Positions 1 through 10,122 of a stretch of 64,000 bases of DNA are shown here, piece by piece. Positions within the stretch are counted from its first letter, which is position 1. Each line of letters begins with the position of its first letter. The notes beneath the pieces were generated by a model. That model made no database searches and was not told where the DNA came from. It worked only from the letters and a program-made list of their open reading frames with translations. A program made the position numbers and the translations under genes. Where the stretch lies: positions 10,691-74,690 of the forward strand of contig JBHLNT010000008.1 in the NCBI GenBank assembly GCA_048941265.1, written 5' to 3'. Source of the DNA: Promethearchaeota archaeon (lineage in GTDB: Archaea; Asgardarchaeota; Lokiarchaeia; Sigyniarchaeales; SOKP01).

Positions 1-1795
1 TGCCCAGTTCATTCATCAGGAGCTAATTTTAAATGGAGTGTGCTTAGTTCTAGAGGATCCTGTAGAATCTTTTGGAAGAACTAATGAAGATAGGCCTTAT
101 GTGAAAACCAAAAGTGGTCGTACAATTGAAACAGATTTAGTAATATTAGCAATAGGAATTAGACCACAAAGTCAGCTAGCAAAAGGAGCTGGATTAGATT
201 TAGGACAAAAAGGCCATATAATCGTTAATGATTATATGCAAAGTTCAGATACTAATATATATGCTGTAGGAGATGCCGTTCAAGTGCTGCATTATCAAAC
301 CAAAGATCCAATAGCAATCGCATTGGCAGGTCCTGCTAATAAGCAAGGCAGAATCGCAGCAGATAATATAGCAGGAAGAGAATCTAAATATAAAGGTATT
401 TTAGGAGCTTCAGTTGCAAAAGTATTTGATGTGAGTGTGGCAAATGTAGGTTTAACAGAAAAACAGCTCAAAAATATTGAAATTAATTATGAGAAAGTAT
501 ATGTCCATCCTAATAATCACGCCGGATATTATCCTGGGGCTGTTCCCATGGCATTTAAACTTCTTTTTGAAGTCCCTACCGGTAAAGTTTTAGGAGCTCA
601 AATTGTGGGAGGTCAGGGTACGGAAAAGAGAATAGATGTGATATCTACAATAATAAAAATGGGAGGGACAGTGTTTGATTTAGAAGAATTGGAATTAACT
701 TATGCTCCCCCTTACAGCTCAGCAAAAGATCCCGTGAATATGGCTGGTTTTGTGGCAGCAAACTTCCTCAAAGGAGATATGCCTATTTGGCATTGGCATG
801 ATGTTGATAAACTTAAAAATAATGGCGTAGTATTATTGGATGTGAGAACAATAGAAGAACATGAAGCTAGAGCCATCGAGGGATCAATAAATATTCCTAT
901 TGAAGATTTAAGAGATAGGCTGGGGGAACTTCCAAAAAACAAACCTATCTATACTTATTGTGAGGTTGGATATAGAAGCTATTTAGCAACACGATTACTT
1001 CTGCAGCAAGGATTTAAAGAAGTATACGACCTGACTGGCGGATACAAATTATATGAAATGGCTAGTGCTACATGTGAAGAAATTGTTGCCTCCTGCGGAG
1101 GATTTGAGGCTCAAATGGAGACATTCGTAAAAGAAAAGGCAATGGAGGACGACGAGCTTGTTAAAGTGGATGCTTGTGGATTAAGCTGTCCGGGTCCCTT
1201 AAACGCATTAATTAAGGGACTTGAAACGCTACCAAAGGGCAAAAAATTGAAAGTATATGCTACAGATCCAGGATTTAAATCAAGCGTGGAAGCATATACT
1301 AAATTAAATAAAGCAATTGAATTACTATATTTAGGAAAAGAAGAAGGAAAGCTAGTAGCGACATTAAAGAAAGGATTAATATTACAAGAGGAAATTGCTG
1401 CACCTATAAAGGTTGAAAAGAAAACAAGGAAAGAAAGTAGAACACCAGATGCACCAGCATTATCAGTGATAAGTGCTGATGAATTATATGGAAGACTTGA
1501 ATCAGATGATGCCCCTTCTATTTTAATTGATGTACGCACTCCTCAGGAATATAATGGTATAGGAAGTCATATTACATCTGCTAAATTACTACCATTAGGG
1601 GAATTGATGAATAATATTGACGTTCTTAAAGATTATAAAGATGATGAAGTAGTTACTATTTGTCATAGTGGAGCACGATCAATGATGGCAGCTCAATTTT
1701 TAGTACAAGCTGGTTTCAAAGACGTAAGAAATTTAACGGGTGGCATGATGATGTGGCATCGTAAGGGATACCCCGTTGCGAAAGAATATGATTAA
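1..1795 (+). CDS. CoA-disulfide/persulfide reductase-like flavoprotein fused to rhodanese, TusA/SirA and a second rhodanese domain (5'-truncated by window edge)
   Basis: Frame is open from position 2. IYAVGD FAD motif, HAGYYPGA and LTYAPPYS dimerisation domain, rhodanese YCEVGYRS, TusA DACGLSCPGP, rhodanese ICHSGARS. Confidence 0.9.
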   Translation, partial: AQFIHQELILNGVCLVLEDPVESFGRTNEDRPYVKTKSGRTIETDLVILAIGIRPQSQLAKGAGLDLGQKGHIIVNDYMQSSDTNIYAVGDAVQVLHYQTKDPIAIALAGPANKQGRIAADNIAGRESKYKGILGASVAKVFDVSVANVGLTEKQLKNIEINYEKVYVHPNNHAGYYPGAVPMAFKLLFEVPTGKVLGAQIVGGQGTEKRIDVISTIIKMGGTVFDLEELELTYAPPYSSAKDPVNMAGFVAANFLKGDMPIWHWHDVDKLKNNGVVLLDVRTIEEHEARAIEGSINIPIEDLRDRLGELPKNKPIYTYCEVGYRSYLATRLLLQQGFKEVYDLTGGYKLYEMASATCEEIVASCGGFEAQMETFVKEKAMEDDELVKVDACGLSCPGPLNALIKGLETLPKGKKLKVYATDPGFKSSVEAYTKLNKAIELLYLGKEEGKLVATLKKGLILQEEIAAPIKVEKKTRKESRTPDAPALSVISADELYGRLESDDAPSILIDVRTPQEYNGIGSHITSAKLLPLGELMNNIDVLKDYKDDEVVTICHSGARSMMAAQFLVQAGFKDVRNLTGGMMMWHRKGYPVAKEYD

Positions 1796-1851
1796 CTTAC
1801 ATCAAAATCTATTTTTTTAACCTACTTATTTATTTTAAATTATTGGGCTTA

Positions 1852-1867
1852 TTCGAACATGTTCGAA
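1852..1867. promoter_or_regulatory. Perfect 16-bp palindrome TTCGAACATGTTCGAA, probable operator upstream of cooS
   Basis: Seen directly, about 100 bp upstream of the cooS start in AT-rich intergenic DNA. Confidence 0.55.
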
Positions 1868-1968
1868 AATAAGTATATTTTCCAAGGGAATATCAATAAT
1901 TTAGAGATGGAACTTTTATAAAGTAATCTGTCTTAATAATTTTTTAATAAATTAGTGAGGTGTAGAAA

Positions 1969-3873
1969 TTGGAAGGTGAAAGATTATCTTATCATGAATC
2001 AGTACGCAAGGTTTATGAAAGAATTAAAAAGGATGGCATGATTAATATTTGGGATCGTTTTGAAGCACAGGGATTTGGAGGTGTGCCCGATAAAAGATGT
2101 CCCTTTTGTTTAAAAGGTGCTCGATGTGATTTATGCTCTAATGGTCCTTGTAGGGCGGACGCTTCTATTGATAAAAGAGGAGTATGTGGAATTACCGCAG
2201 ATGGGATGGCAATGCGAATGATGTTACTTAGAAATGTATTAGGGGCATCTACTTACCATTATCATACAGAAACGACAATTAAAACGCTTAAAGCCACAGC
2301 TGAGGGTAAAACTTCTTATAAAATTAGCGAACCAGAAAAGCTAAAAAGTTTTGCTAAACGACTTGGAGTTGATATCTCTGGTTCAAATAAAGAAATTGCA
2401 TTACGTTTATGTGAATTTGTAAAAGAAGATTTTAATAGAGCTTACAATGAGCCAAGTAAAATAGTAGAAGCTTTAGCACCCCCAGAAAGGAAAGAAGTGT
2501 GGAAAAAATTAAATGTATTTCCAGGGGGGATTTATGGGGAAATGATGTTGGCTACTAGCTCATGTCTTACAAATATAGATGGATATTATGCCAGCTTGGC
2601 ACTTAAAGCCATGAGATTAGGGGTGGCTATGGCATATCAGAGTCAAATTGTCAATGAGTTTTGTCAAGATATTCTATTTAATGTCCCTAAACCCCATAAA
2701 ATGCGAGTAAACTTAGGTGTTTTAGACCCTGATTATGTGAACGTACTTCCCAATGGACATGAACCATTTTTGGGATTTGCAATGGTTCAATTGGCACGCA
2801 AACCAGAATGGCAAGAAAAGGCTAAAGCAGTAGGAGCCAAGGGATTAAGAATCATTGCAAACATAGAAACTGGGCAAGAAATGATACAGCGATGGGAAAT
2901 GGATGACGTATTTTATGGTTTTACAGGAAATTGGATTATGCAAGAAGCAATATTGGCAAGTGGTTGTATTGATGCATTCGTATGTGATATGAACTGTTCA
3001 ATGCCAATCGATCCGATTTATGCTAAAAGATATAAATTTAAACTCATTCCAGTATCAGAAGTCGTAGCTTTTGAGGGTATTAGTGAAAGATTAGATTATA
3101 TCCCTGAAAAAGCTGAAGAACAGGCGGGAAAGCTCTTACAAATGGCTATAGATAATTTCAAGGAACGAAGAGCAAATATTAAACCGGTGACGGGATTAGG
3201 GATGAATGAAGCAATAGTTGGATTTTCAACTGAAAGTATAGTGGCAGCACTTGGTGGTAGTATTGAACCATTATTAGGGGCTATAAAAGATGGGACAATA
3301 CGTGGTGTGGCTGGGCTTGTTTCTTGTACAACCCTACGAGATTATGGACAGGATGTACATACCATTAATATCACTAAAGAGTTAATCAAAAGAGATATCT
3401 TAGTATTATCAATGGGATGTGGTAATGGAGCGTTACAAGTGGCAGGTCTTTGTTCTCTTGAAGCAAAGAATTTAGCAGGAGCAGGCCTAAAATCCTTATG
3501 TGAAAAGTTAAGCATTCCACCCGTGTTGAGTTATGGTACATGCACAGATACAGGAAGGGTAGCTGATCTAATAGGAGCTATATCTAAAGCGCTTGGAGGG
3601 GTTCCTATTCCTGATCTCCCTATAGTAGCGGCAGCTCCTGAATATATGGAACAAAAGGCAACGATAGATGCGATCTTTGCATTAGCATTTGGACTTTACA
3701 CATACGTTAATCCCGTGCCTACTGTTACTGGAGGGCCTGACTTAGTTAAATTATTAACTGTTGATTGCAAGGATGTTACAGGAGGTATCTTGCATGTTGA
3801 AACAGACTCAGTTCAAGCCGTTGATGCTATGGTTGCTCATATAGAGGCCAATCGAAAAAAAATGGGTATTTAA
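1969..3873 (+). CDS. cooS: Ni-CO dehydrogenase family catalytic subunit with deviant C-cluster (CooS-V-like)
   Basis: B-cluster CDLCSNGPC...VCG, NGHE, DMNC, VSCTT, MGCG, GTCTD, EQKA. SD GAGGTG before TTG. Confidence 0.9.
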   Translation: MEGERLSYHESVRKVYERIKKDGMINIWDRFEAQGFGGVPDKRCPFCLKGARCDLCSNGPCRADASIDKRGVCGITADGMAMRMMLLRNVLGASTYHYHTETTIKTLKATAEGKTSYKISEPEKLKSFAKRLGVDISGSNKEIALRLCEFVKEDFNRAYNEPSKIVEALAPPERKEVWKKLNVFPGGIYGEMMLATSSCLTNIDGYYASLALKAMRLGVAMAYQSQIVNEFCQDILFNVPKPHKMRVNLGVLDPDYVNVLPNGHEPFLGFAMVQLARKPEWQEKAKAVGAKGLRIIANIETGQEMIQRWEMDDVFYGFTGNWIMQEAILASGCIDAFVCDMNCSMPIDPIYAKRYKFKLIPVSEVVAFEGISERLDYIPEKAEEQAGKLLQMAIDNFKERRANIKPVTGLGMNEAIVGFSTESIVAALGGSIEPLLGAIKDGTIRGVAGLVSCTTLRDYGQDVHTINITKELIKRDILVLSMGCGNGALQVAGLCSLEAKNLAGAGLKSLCEKLSIPPVLSYGTCTDTGRVADLIGAISKALGGVPIPDLPIVAAAPEYMEQKATIDAIFALAFGLYTYVNPVPTVTGGPDLVKLLTVDCKDVTGGILHVETDSVQAVDAMVAHIEANRKKMGI

Positions 3874-3977
3874 ATTCATCCAAATCTTCATAATATCTAA
3901 GATTTTTAAATTAAAAAAATTTTAAACAAAAATTATAATTCTTTTTTTTTATTATCTCTTCACTTTCTTTTCATTAT

Positions 3978-4286
3978 TCAATCGTTTATCTCTTGGGTGT
4001 ATAAAAATTCACCAATTTTTCGAACTACCGAATTTGCTTTTTTATGGGTAGCCATCACGAATAAGCCACTCCAGATGTCCCATCCTACTATAATTCTTAT
4101 ATCTTGCTTAATCATTTCTAAATATACTGAATCAAGACCAAAAATAGGAAGCTGAACTGGTTCAAAGCTAAATTCTTTTTGAATTAATGTAGCAACTGGG
4201 AAAATATGCTCTGCTTCGGCATATTCAATATCGTATGTTTCATTCCCCTCTGTAGTTTTATTAAATTTACCTTTTAATTTAGTCAT
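3978..4286 (-). CDS. Hypothetical protein
   Basis: 102-aa ATG ORF filling the gap, protein-like composition. Confidence 0.65.
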   Translation of the reverse strand: MTKLKGKFNKTTEGNETYDIEYAEAEHIFPVATLIQKEFSFEPVQLPIFGLDSVYLEMIKQDIRIIVGWDIWSGLFVMATHKKANSVVRKIGEFLYTQEIND

Positions 4287-4322
4287 ATAATTTTAATACA
4301 TCTTTAAAATTATAAGGTAATA

Positions 4323-4751
4323 TTACCTTGCCATCCCGATCCAGAATTGTCTCACAGGATCTTCTAATTTATCCTCGATTTCTTCTTCAAAATCAGAGAA
4401 TACGCTGATTTCCATATTCCAATTTTCAAAATCATCAAATATATCTGAATATTTACTGAAAAATCGTTCAGATATTATATCTAATTCATTCAGAACTTTT
4501 TTTTCTTTAAATCGTTTTGAAGAATTTGCCACAAAAAGAAGATTGTTTTTTCTAATGATTGTAAAACGTATATTCTTTATTTCAAAATTTTGTAATCCAC
4601 CATCTCCAATTCCAATTTCCCTGGAATACGAATCTAAAGCGGTCATTAACGCTCCAAAAAGCTGAGCACTAACCTTTGGATCATACACTCTATTAAATAA
4701 CACAATACCACCATTAGTTAAAATCCAAAGATCTTGTATTACTTTCGCCAT
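4323..4751 (-). CDS. Longin/roadblock-like domain protein
   Basis: IQDLWILTNGGIVLF...QLFGALMTALDSYSREI...LQNFEI...LLFVA pattern typical of Asgard longin-like proteins. Confidence 0.7.
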   Translation of the reverse strand: MAKVIQDLWILTNGGIVLFNRVYDPKVSAQLFGALMTALDSYSREIGIGDGGLQNFEIKNIRFTIIRKNNLLFVANSSKRFKEKKVLNELDIISERFFSKYSDIFDDFENWNMEISVFSDFEEEIEDKLEDPVRQFWIGMAR

Positions 4752-4899
4752 AGATTTAAAACTTTAATTTTAAATATGCTTTAATTATTTCTATTAAATT
4801 TAAATAAAAAAATTTCCGTTATTATGAAAAATTGATTATTTTGACAATAATGTTTCACAGTTGAGAATTATTTTAAAATTATCGTTCTTGTGATTTTTG

Positions 4900-5868
4900 T
4901 TATATTTGAATTAAAGTAGTAAAAATTCTCATGAGATAAATGATTACAATAAATCCTACTGCACCTATCAAAAAATAAATAGGATTTCCTTTTTCTTTTT
5001 CTGGAATAACTTCTCGCACAATTGTATAAAGAATTACTCCTGAAATAAAAGAATAGAGAATATAGATAAGCTCTAAATTAACGGGGAGAAATAACTCAAA
5101 AAATATACCAAAAGCAACCCCTAATAGAGCTGCTGATGATATAAGAAACTTAATTACTTTGGGTACCTCAAATTTAATTTCAATACCTAAGTCAGAATAG
5201 ACTTCTAAACTGGATTCCGAACTACTGGTAACAATCACTCTAAAATAAGCAAAAATGAAAAAAAGTATACCGGATAAGAATTCTATTATTAATAGAGCAA
5301 CGATTAGAAGTCCTACAATAAAGTGATAAATAAAATTTGTAAAATAGCGAATTTCATTTAAATCCTTTTGAATATGCATTTTTATCTTTAATTTTTTTTC
5401 TTCTATCTCAGAGCTAATTCCTTTACTTTGATCCTGTAATTCGGTTAAAGCTTTTCCCAACTCTCTTAACGCATATTCATCTAATTTCTCCTCTTGGGTT
5501 AATTCAAGAGTTATAATATCTTCAATATTGCGTTCCACTATCTCTAAATCTTTCTCCATTTTCATCAGTTTACGAACTCTTTTTTGGGATTTTGACTCTA
5601 CCTTTTGTAATATAAATTTTTCAGATACATGGATGATAATAAAACCTAAGAGGATGAATAAAAATTCAAAAATTTTGAGATGTAAGGGTAATTCTGGTAA
5701 TCTTTCTGATACTTCTGGTAATAAAACTATAAAAAAATAAGCTATTGAAACACCTGCTATAAATGAGATATTCAATCTAATATTTAATTTAGTAGAAAAA
5801 TCTTCGATAAAAAATAATAAACTAAAAATTATAGCAAACAAAAATAAAATTATTAGATCGAACGCCAT
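4900..5868 (-). CDS. ZIP-like membrane protein with coiled-coil insertion
   Basis: SFIAGVSIAYFFIVLLPE and SFISGVILYTIVREVIPE motifs, about 7 TM segments, long charged loop. Confidence 0.65.
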   Translation of the reverse strand: MAFDLIILFLFAIIFSLLFFIEDFSTKLNIRLNISFIAGVSIAYFFIVLLPEVSERLPELPLHLKIFEFLFILLGFIIIHVSEKFILQKVESKSQKRVRKLMKMEKDLEIVERNIEDIITLELTQEEKLDEYALRELGKALTELQDQSKGISSEIEEKKLKIKMHIQKDLNEIRYFTNFIYHFIVGLLIVALLIIEFLSGILFFIFAYFRVIVTSSSESSLEVYSDLGIEIKFEVPKVIKFLISSAALLGVAFGIFFELFLPVNLELIYILYSFISGVILYTIVREVIPEKEKGNPIYFLIGAVGFIVIIYLMRIFTTLIQI

Positions 5869-6049
5869 TGAATTAGGCTGAAAATGTGTAGTGTATAACC
5901 ATAATTTTATACGATTCCTTTTAATTTTTTATATTATTTTTGATAAAATAAACTATTCGGATAATATTCAATATAGAGTGTTATTTGCGAAATTTCTTAT
6001 AGAATGTAAAAATAAATCAAGACTTTTCACTTCGAGAGTATAAAATTAA

Positions 6050-6259
6050 TCACATCAGAATTGCCATTGGTTTTTTTTTCTTTTTTTCTTTATCTTTCTG
6101 TTTCCCTTCATAATTTTTTTTTATAAAAGAGCGTTCTTTTTCATATATTTTTGTTTGAAAAAATACGGCCTTCCAACCATGCGTGAAGGGAGCAACAAAG
6201 CTAAGAAACTTTCCACTTTTTATTCTTTTTCCCTTAATTTTAAGACACCTATACAACAA
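6050..6259 (-). CDS. Possible small basic protein (start TTG 6259 or ATT 6238)
   Basis: 69-codon ORF in an otherwise empty gap; AGGTG lies 7 nt before the in-frame ATT. Confidence 0.3.
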   Translation of the reverse strand: MLYRCLKIKGKRIKSGKFLSFVAPFTHGWKAVFFQTKIYEKERSFIKKNYEGKQKDKEKKKKKPMAILM

Positions 6260-6429
6260 AATTGAATTTCATATAGGAAGAAGATAATTAGCTATTTATT
6301 TTTTTACATCTATGTATGTTATTAAATTATCAAAATGGGAATTCATTTAGAATTTCAATTATTTAGTGACTTAAACTCAAAACTTTTTTATATTTGTTTA
6401 AAAATAAGCTAATTCTTAGGTGCTTACTG

Positions 6430-7320
6430 ATTACTCAATTTTTAATAATAACCTCTACTGAAGATAAAGCTTCCATGAATATTCGCAAAAATTTTTTAAA
6501 ACTATTTCAATTCAAAGAGATTAAATCAAAATGGCATGAACAATCTTTATTTAAATTAGCCTATAAATCTCAAAATGCTAAACAATTAGAAAATATACAG
6601 GTATATCTTGGTTTAACAAATGATCCCTTGATATTTTTAAATGATTTAAAATTAAATGAGACGGATATCAATCCGGACTTACTTATTTTTGCGAGCCGTC
6701 ATAGATCAGAAGCTGCTCGACCGGCATTTTTAATTCATACCACAGGAAATTGGACAAATAAGGCGGAGTTCGGAGGAAATCCCCGAGAGTTGTGTTTTGC
6801 AAGCGCTTTACTACTGAAGGCAGGTTTTTTATCCTTACTTGAACAGGAAAAATCTTTAAACTTATCAGAATTCTCATTAGATATTGAAGTAACTCATCAT
6901 GGTCCAACTACTTTAGAAAAACCCTTAGTTTTTATGGAGTTAGGAAGTAGTGAGGAAGAATGGAGTATCAATGAAGCAGGAGAAATGGTGGCCAAATCCA
7001 TTATTAATACTATTTTTAAATATTTACAATTTCAAACAAAAAAATCTCAGAGAGTATGTATAGGATTTGGAGGTACTCATTATGGTCCTCAATTTAAAAA
7101 ATCATTGATAAATAAAGATGTAGCTTTCTCATTCATTTGCCCCAAATATTTTATCCAAGAGTTAGATCATAAAATGATTGAGCAAATGATTGATAAGAAT
7201 TTAGAAGAAATAGATTGTTTTGTGATCGATTGGAAAGGAACTAATTCTGCAGATAAAAACCATCTTATTCCTTTGTTAGAAGATTTTGATATACCTATTA
7301 AAAAGACGAAAGACCTTTAA
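6430..7320 (+). CDS. dtdA: D-aminoacyl-tRNA deacylase (archaeal DTD2 type)
   Basis: ASMNI, FASRHRS, HTTGN, EVTHHGPT, FMELGS, GFGGTHY motifs. Start uncertain (TTG 6394, CTG 6427 or ATT 6430). Confidence 0.9.
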   Translation: MTQFLIITSTEDKASMNIRKNFLKLFQFKEIKSKWHEQSLFKLAYKSQNAKQLENIQVYLGLTNDPLIFLNDLKLNETDINPDLLIFASRHRSEAARPAFLIHTTGNWTNKAEFGGNPRELCFASALLLKAGFLSLLEQEKSLNLSEFSLDIEVTHHGPTTLEKPLVFMELGSSEEEWSINEAGEMVAKSIINTIFKYLQFQTKKSQRVCIGFGGTHYGPQFKKSLINKDVAFSFICPKYFIQELDHKMIEQMIDKNLEEIDCFVIDWKGTNSADKNHLIPLLEDFDIPIKKTKDL

Positions 7321-7322
7321 TT

Positions 7323-8186
7323 TTAATTTTTCTTAGTTTCTTCATAATATTTTATGAGGTTTTTAAATACATAATCCGCAGCGGAAAAACCTTGAGTCGC
7401 GGTTCTACTTAAGATTTTATGTAGGAAGTCACGGTTGGGAACGTTATCCTCAACTGTAACATTCAATTCTCTTATATTATAAAAACTTCTCCAAAATTGG
7501 GTTGGCCATTCGACTAATGGTCGTAGATTTTTGTTGTATTTTTCTTTTCCTATATCTGATAATTTTAATTCTTTTTTTAATTCATAAAAATAATTTTCTC
7601 CCTTTTTAGTTTTAGTTATAATCCCCTCAACTTCAATTTCTTCCATTAAATTATGTAAATCAGCAATATCGATTTCTATTTTCAATTTACTTAAATTTTC
7701 AAGAATTTCAGAATCCATTTGACCTTTAAGTTTAATTAATAAATAATTTCTGGCAATTACATTATATTTTAACGGAACAGTCTCATGATCCATTTGATTA
7801 TACTGAACTAAATTACCTAATATTTCTCTTGCGATATAATACTTTAACATGAGTTGATCTTCTTTTGAAAAATCCTTTTTGAATAAAGCGGAGTCATTAA
7901 AATATGAATTATATAAAGTGTCTAATAAGGATTTTATCGTGTAAAATCCATCTGCGAAGGCATTATCCATATCTTTTAAGATTGCTATTCGATAATTGAT
8001 GTCATCAATGAATTTTTCTTTGTCTAGCTTAATTTGACGGACTAAATGAGGTTTGTCATTGATAGGTTTTAAATATTCATTCCATTTAGTTTTAAATCTT
8101 GCTCCTTGATTATTTGCTATTGATGTGAGTTTGCGGACCACATCTAAAAGCTTGACTTCGAATTCTTTTTCAGTAACATTCGTCAT
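7323..8186 (-). CDS. Hypothetical helical protein with probable winged-helix segment
   Basis: 287-aa ORF; LHNLMEEIEVEGII...NYFYEL is wHTH-like. Confidence 0.6.
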   Translation of the reverse strand: MTNVTEKEFEVKLLDVVRKLTSIANNQGARFKTKWNEYLKPINDKPHLVRQIKLDKEKFIDDINYRIAILKDMDNAFADGFYTIKSLLDTLYNSYFNDSALFKKDFSKEDQLMLKYYIAREILGNLVQYNQMDHETVPLKYNVIARNYLLIKLKGQMDSEILENLSKLKIEIDIADLHNLMEEIEVEGIITKTKKGENYFYELKKELKLSDIGKEKYNKNLRPLVEWPTQFWRSFYNIRELNVTVEDNVPNRDFLHKILSRTATQGFSAADYVFKNLIKYYEETKKN

Positions 8187-8309
8187 TAAAAGCCACCAAG
8201 AATATTGGATTTAATTTTTGTTTTAATAATTAAATAATAGGTTAAGCTTAGTTTTAAATTTTCAATAAAAGACTTAATAATTTAAAGTTTGCGTTAGTTT
8301 AATTCAAAC

Positions 8310-9500
8310 TTATGCTGATATTTTATGCATTACATCTAAAACTTTTTCTACTTGGTTATCAGTAATTACCAGTGGAGGGACGAGTCTTATTACAGTTAAT
8401 CCAGCATTTAAAACTAAAATTTGCATTTTTTCGGCTTCTTGAATCATCTCATTCACTTTAGTTCGATATTCAACCCCAATCATTAACCCTTTTCCCCTCA
8501 CATCTCTTATGATTTGACAATCTTCTTTGAATTTAAGTAAATCTGAAATTATTTTTCTTCCTTGCTTTGCTGCATTTTCAATGAGATTTTCTTCCTGAAT
8601 TATATCGATTGTAGCATTAGCAGCAGCACAGACAAATGGATTTCCTCCAAAAGTCGTGTTGTGTTCCCCTATTTCAAATTTATTGTATAGTTCTTCAGAA
8701 GCAATTGTTGCGCCCATAGGTAAACCTCCGGCAATCGCTTTAGCCAAACATATCACATCAGGTACTATTCCATAATGTTCGAACGCAAACATTTTACCTG
8801 TTCTGCCAAATCCAGTCTGCACTTCATCATCTACTAAAATTAAATCCTTTTCATCGCATAATTCCCTGAGAGCTTTTGGGAAATCATGAGGTGCTGGATG
8901 AACCCCTCCTTCACCCTGAATTAATTCTGTGAATATAGCAATAGTATTATCATTTATTAATTCTTTTACAGATTGTATATCTCCAAAAGAAGCAAATTTA
9001 ACATTTGGAGATAACCAGGGTAAAAAGGCTTTACGATATTGTATATTATGTGTCATTGCTAACGAACCAAGGGTTCTACCATGAAAATCTCTTTTAAATG
9101 CAACAATTTCGGGGTTTTTTTTGTCTCTTCTAGCAGCTAATACTAATTTTAGAGCAGATTCTACTGATTCTGTGCCACTATTTGATAGAAAAACTTGATT
9201 TAATTGTTTAGGAGTGATATCGGCTAATTTTTTCAATAACTTTGCTCTTTCTTCCACGGGAAATCCTGGGGGCACCATTACTAACTTATTAAGCTGCTTG
9301 TTCATAGCTTCAATGTATTTGGGATGGCTATGACCTATGTTCATTACAGCATGTCCTGCGACACAATCAATATATTCCATCCCATTTTCATCATAAAGGA
9401 GAGCTCCTTCTCCCCGAGTTATAAGAAAATCCTTTTTTGGAAATAATTTTGTATGGTGCGATTTCTCTAATTCAATTAATTTGGAATAATAATCTGACAT
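8310..9500 (-). CDS. Class III aminotransferase (ArgD/LysJ-like)
   Basis: NSGTESVE, FHGRT, ELIQGEGG, DEVQTGFGRTG, AKAIAGG, TTFGGNP. Confidence 0.9.
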   Translation of the reverse strand: MSDYYSKLIELEKSHHTKLFPKKDFLITRGEGALLYDENGMEYIDCVAGHAVMNIGHSHPKYIEAMNKQLNKLVMVPPGFPVEERAKLLKKLADITPKQLNQVFLSNSGTESVESALKLVLAARRDKKNPEIVAFKRDFHGRTLGSLAMTHNIQYRKAFLPWLSPNVKFASFGDIQSVKELINDNTIAIFTELIQGEGGVHPAPHDFPKALRELCDEKDLILVDDEVQTGFGRTGKMFAFEHYGIVPDVICLAKAIAGGLPMGATIASEELYNKFEIGEHNTTFGGNPFVCAAANATIDIIQEENLIENAAKQGRKIISDLLKFKEDCQIIRDVRGKGLMIGVEYRTKVNEMIQEAEKMQILVLNAGLTVIRLVPPLVITDNQVEKVLDVMHKISA

Positions 9501-9664
9501 AAATATTCTTAAAATAGTTAATTCTTGAATGAAATTTGAAATTTTATTTGAATTATTAAAATATTTTAAAGCAAAAATATTTTTTCATAGTATCTGCAAA
9601 ATTTTAAAAAAAAAGAAAGAATGATTAAAGTTTATTTTAATCGGATTATTAAAATGGTATAAGT

Positions 9665-10024
9665 CTATTCACTTGCCCTTAGTTTTATTAGTAAATATAT
9701 ACAAATTGGAACGACAATAATATCCACTATGACGTGAAAAACAATGAAATAATTAAAAACATCTTCATGGGTGAGCATCTCTATGAATCGAAACACACCT
9801 AAAGTTCCTCCAATCGCAGGAAGAAAAATACATAATAACAGCAAAATTTGACTATTACTGAATTTCAAGAGTAAGATTCCAAGAATTATATACATTGCTC
9901 CATATCGAGCTGCTGCTATTTGTGACAACGAAAATCCAAAAACAAACAATTGAAGAGTGTGTGTAATCGCAGACGCAATCAATAAAATGGCCGCAAGATA
10001 TCTTAATTTATCTTCTTTTTCCAT
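9665..10024 (-). CDS. Small 4-TM membrane protein
   Basis: Four hydrophobic segments; SD AGGTG before ATG 10024. Confidence 0.7.
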   Translation of the reverse strand: MEKEDKLRYLAAILLIASAITHTLQLFVFGFSLSQIAAARYGAMYIILGILLLKFSNSQILLLLCIFLPAIGGTLGVFRFIEMLTHEDVFNYFIVFHVIVDIIVVPICIYLLIKLRASE

Positions 10025-10122
10025 ATTTTCACCTTCCTTTTTTATTTTCAATTTTTAAAATAAAATTTTACTATTATTTAATTAAAACATTTAATTCTGA
10101 TAGTATATAATGATTTATTTTA

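Noticed and set aside
6164-6205. GC-richer stem (CCTTC...GAAGG) as tRNA, SECIS or riboswitch
   Set aside because: No cloverleaf or recognisable consensus; explained equally well by the small ORF
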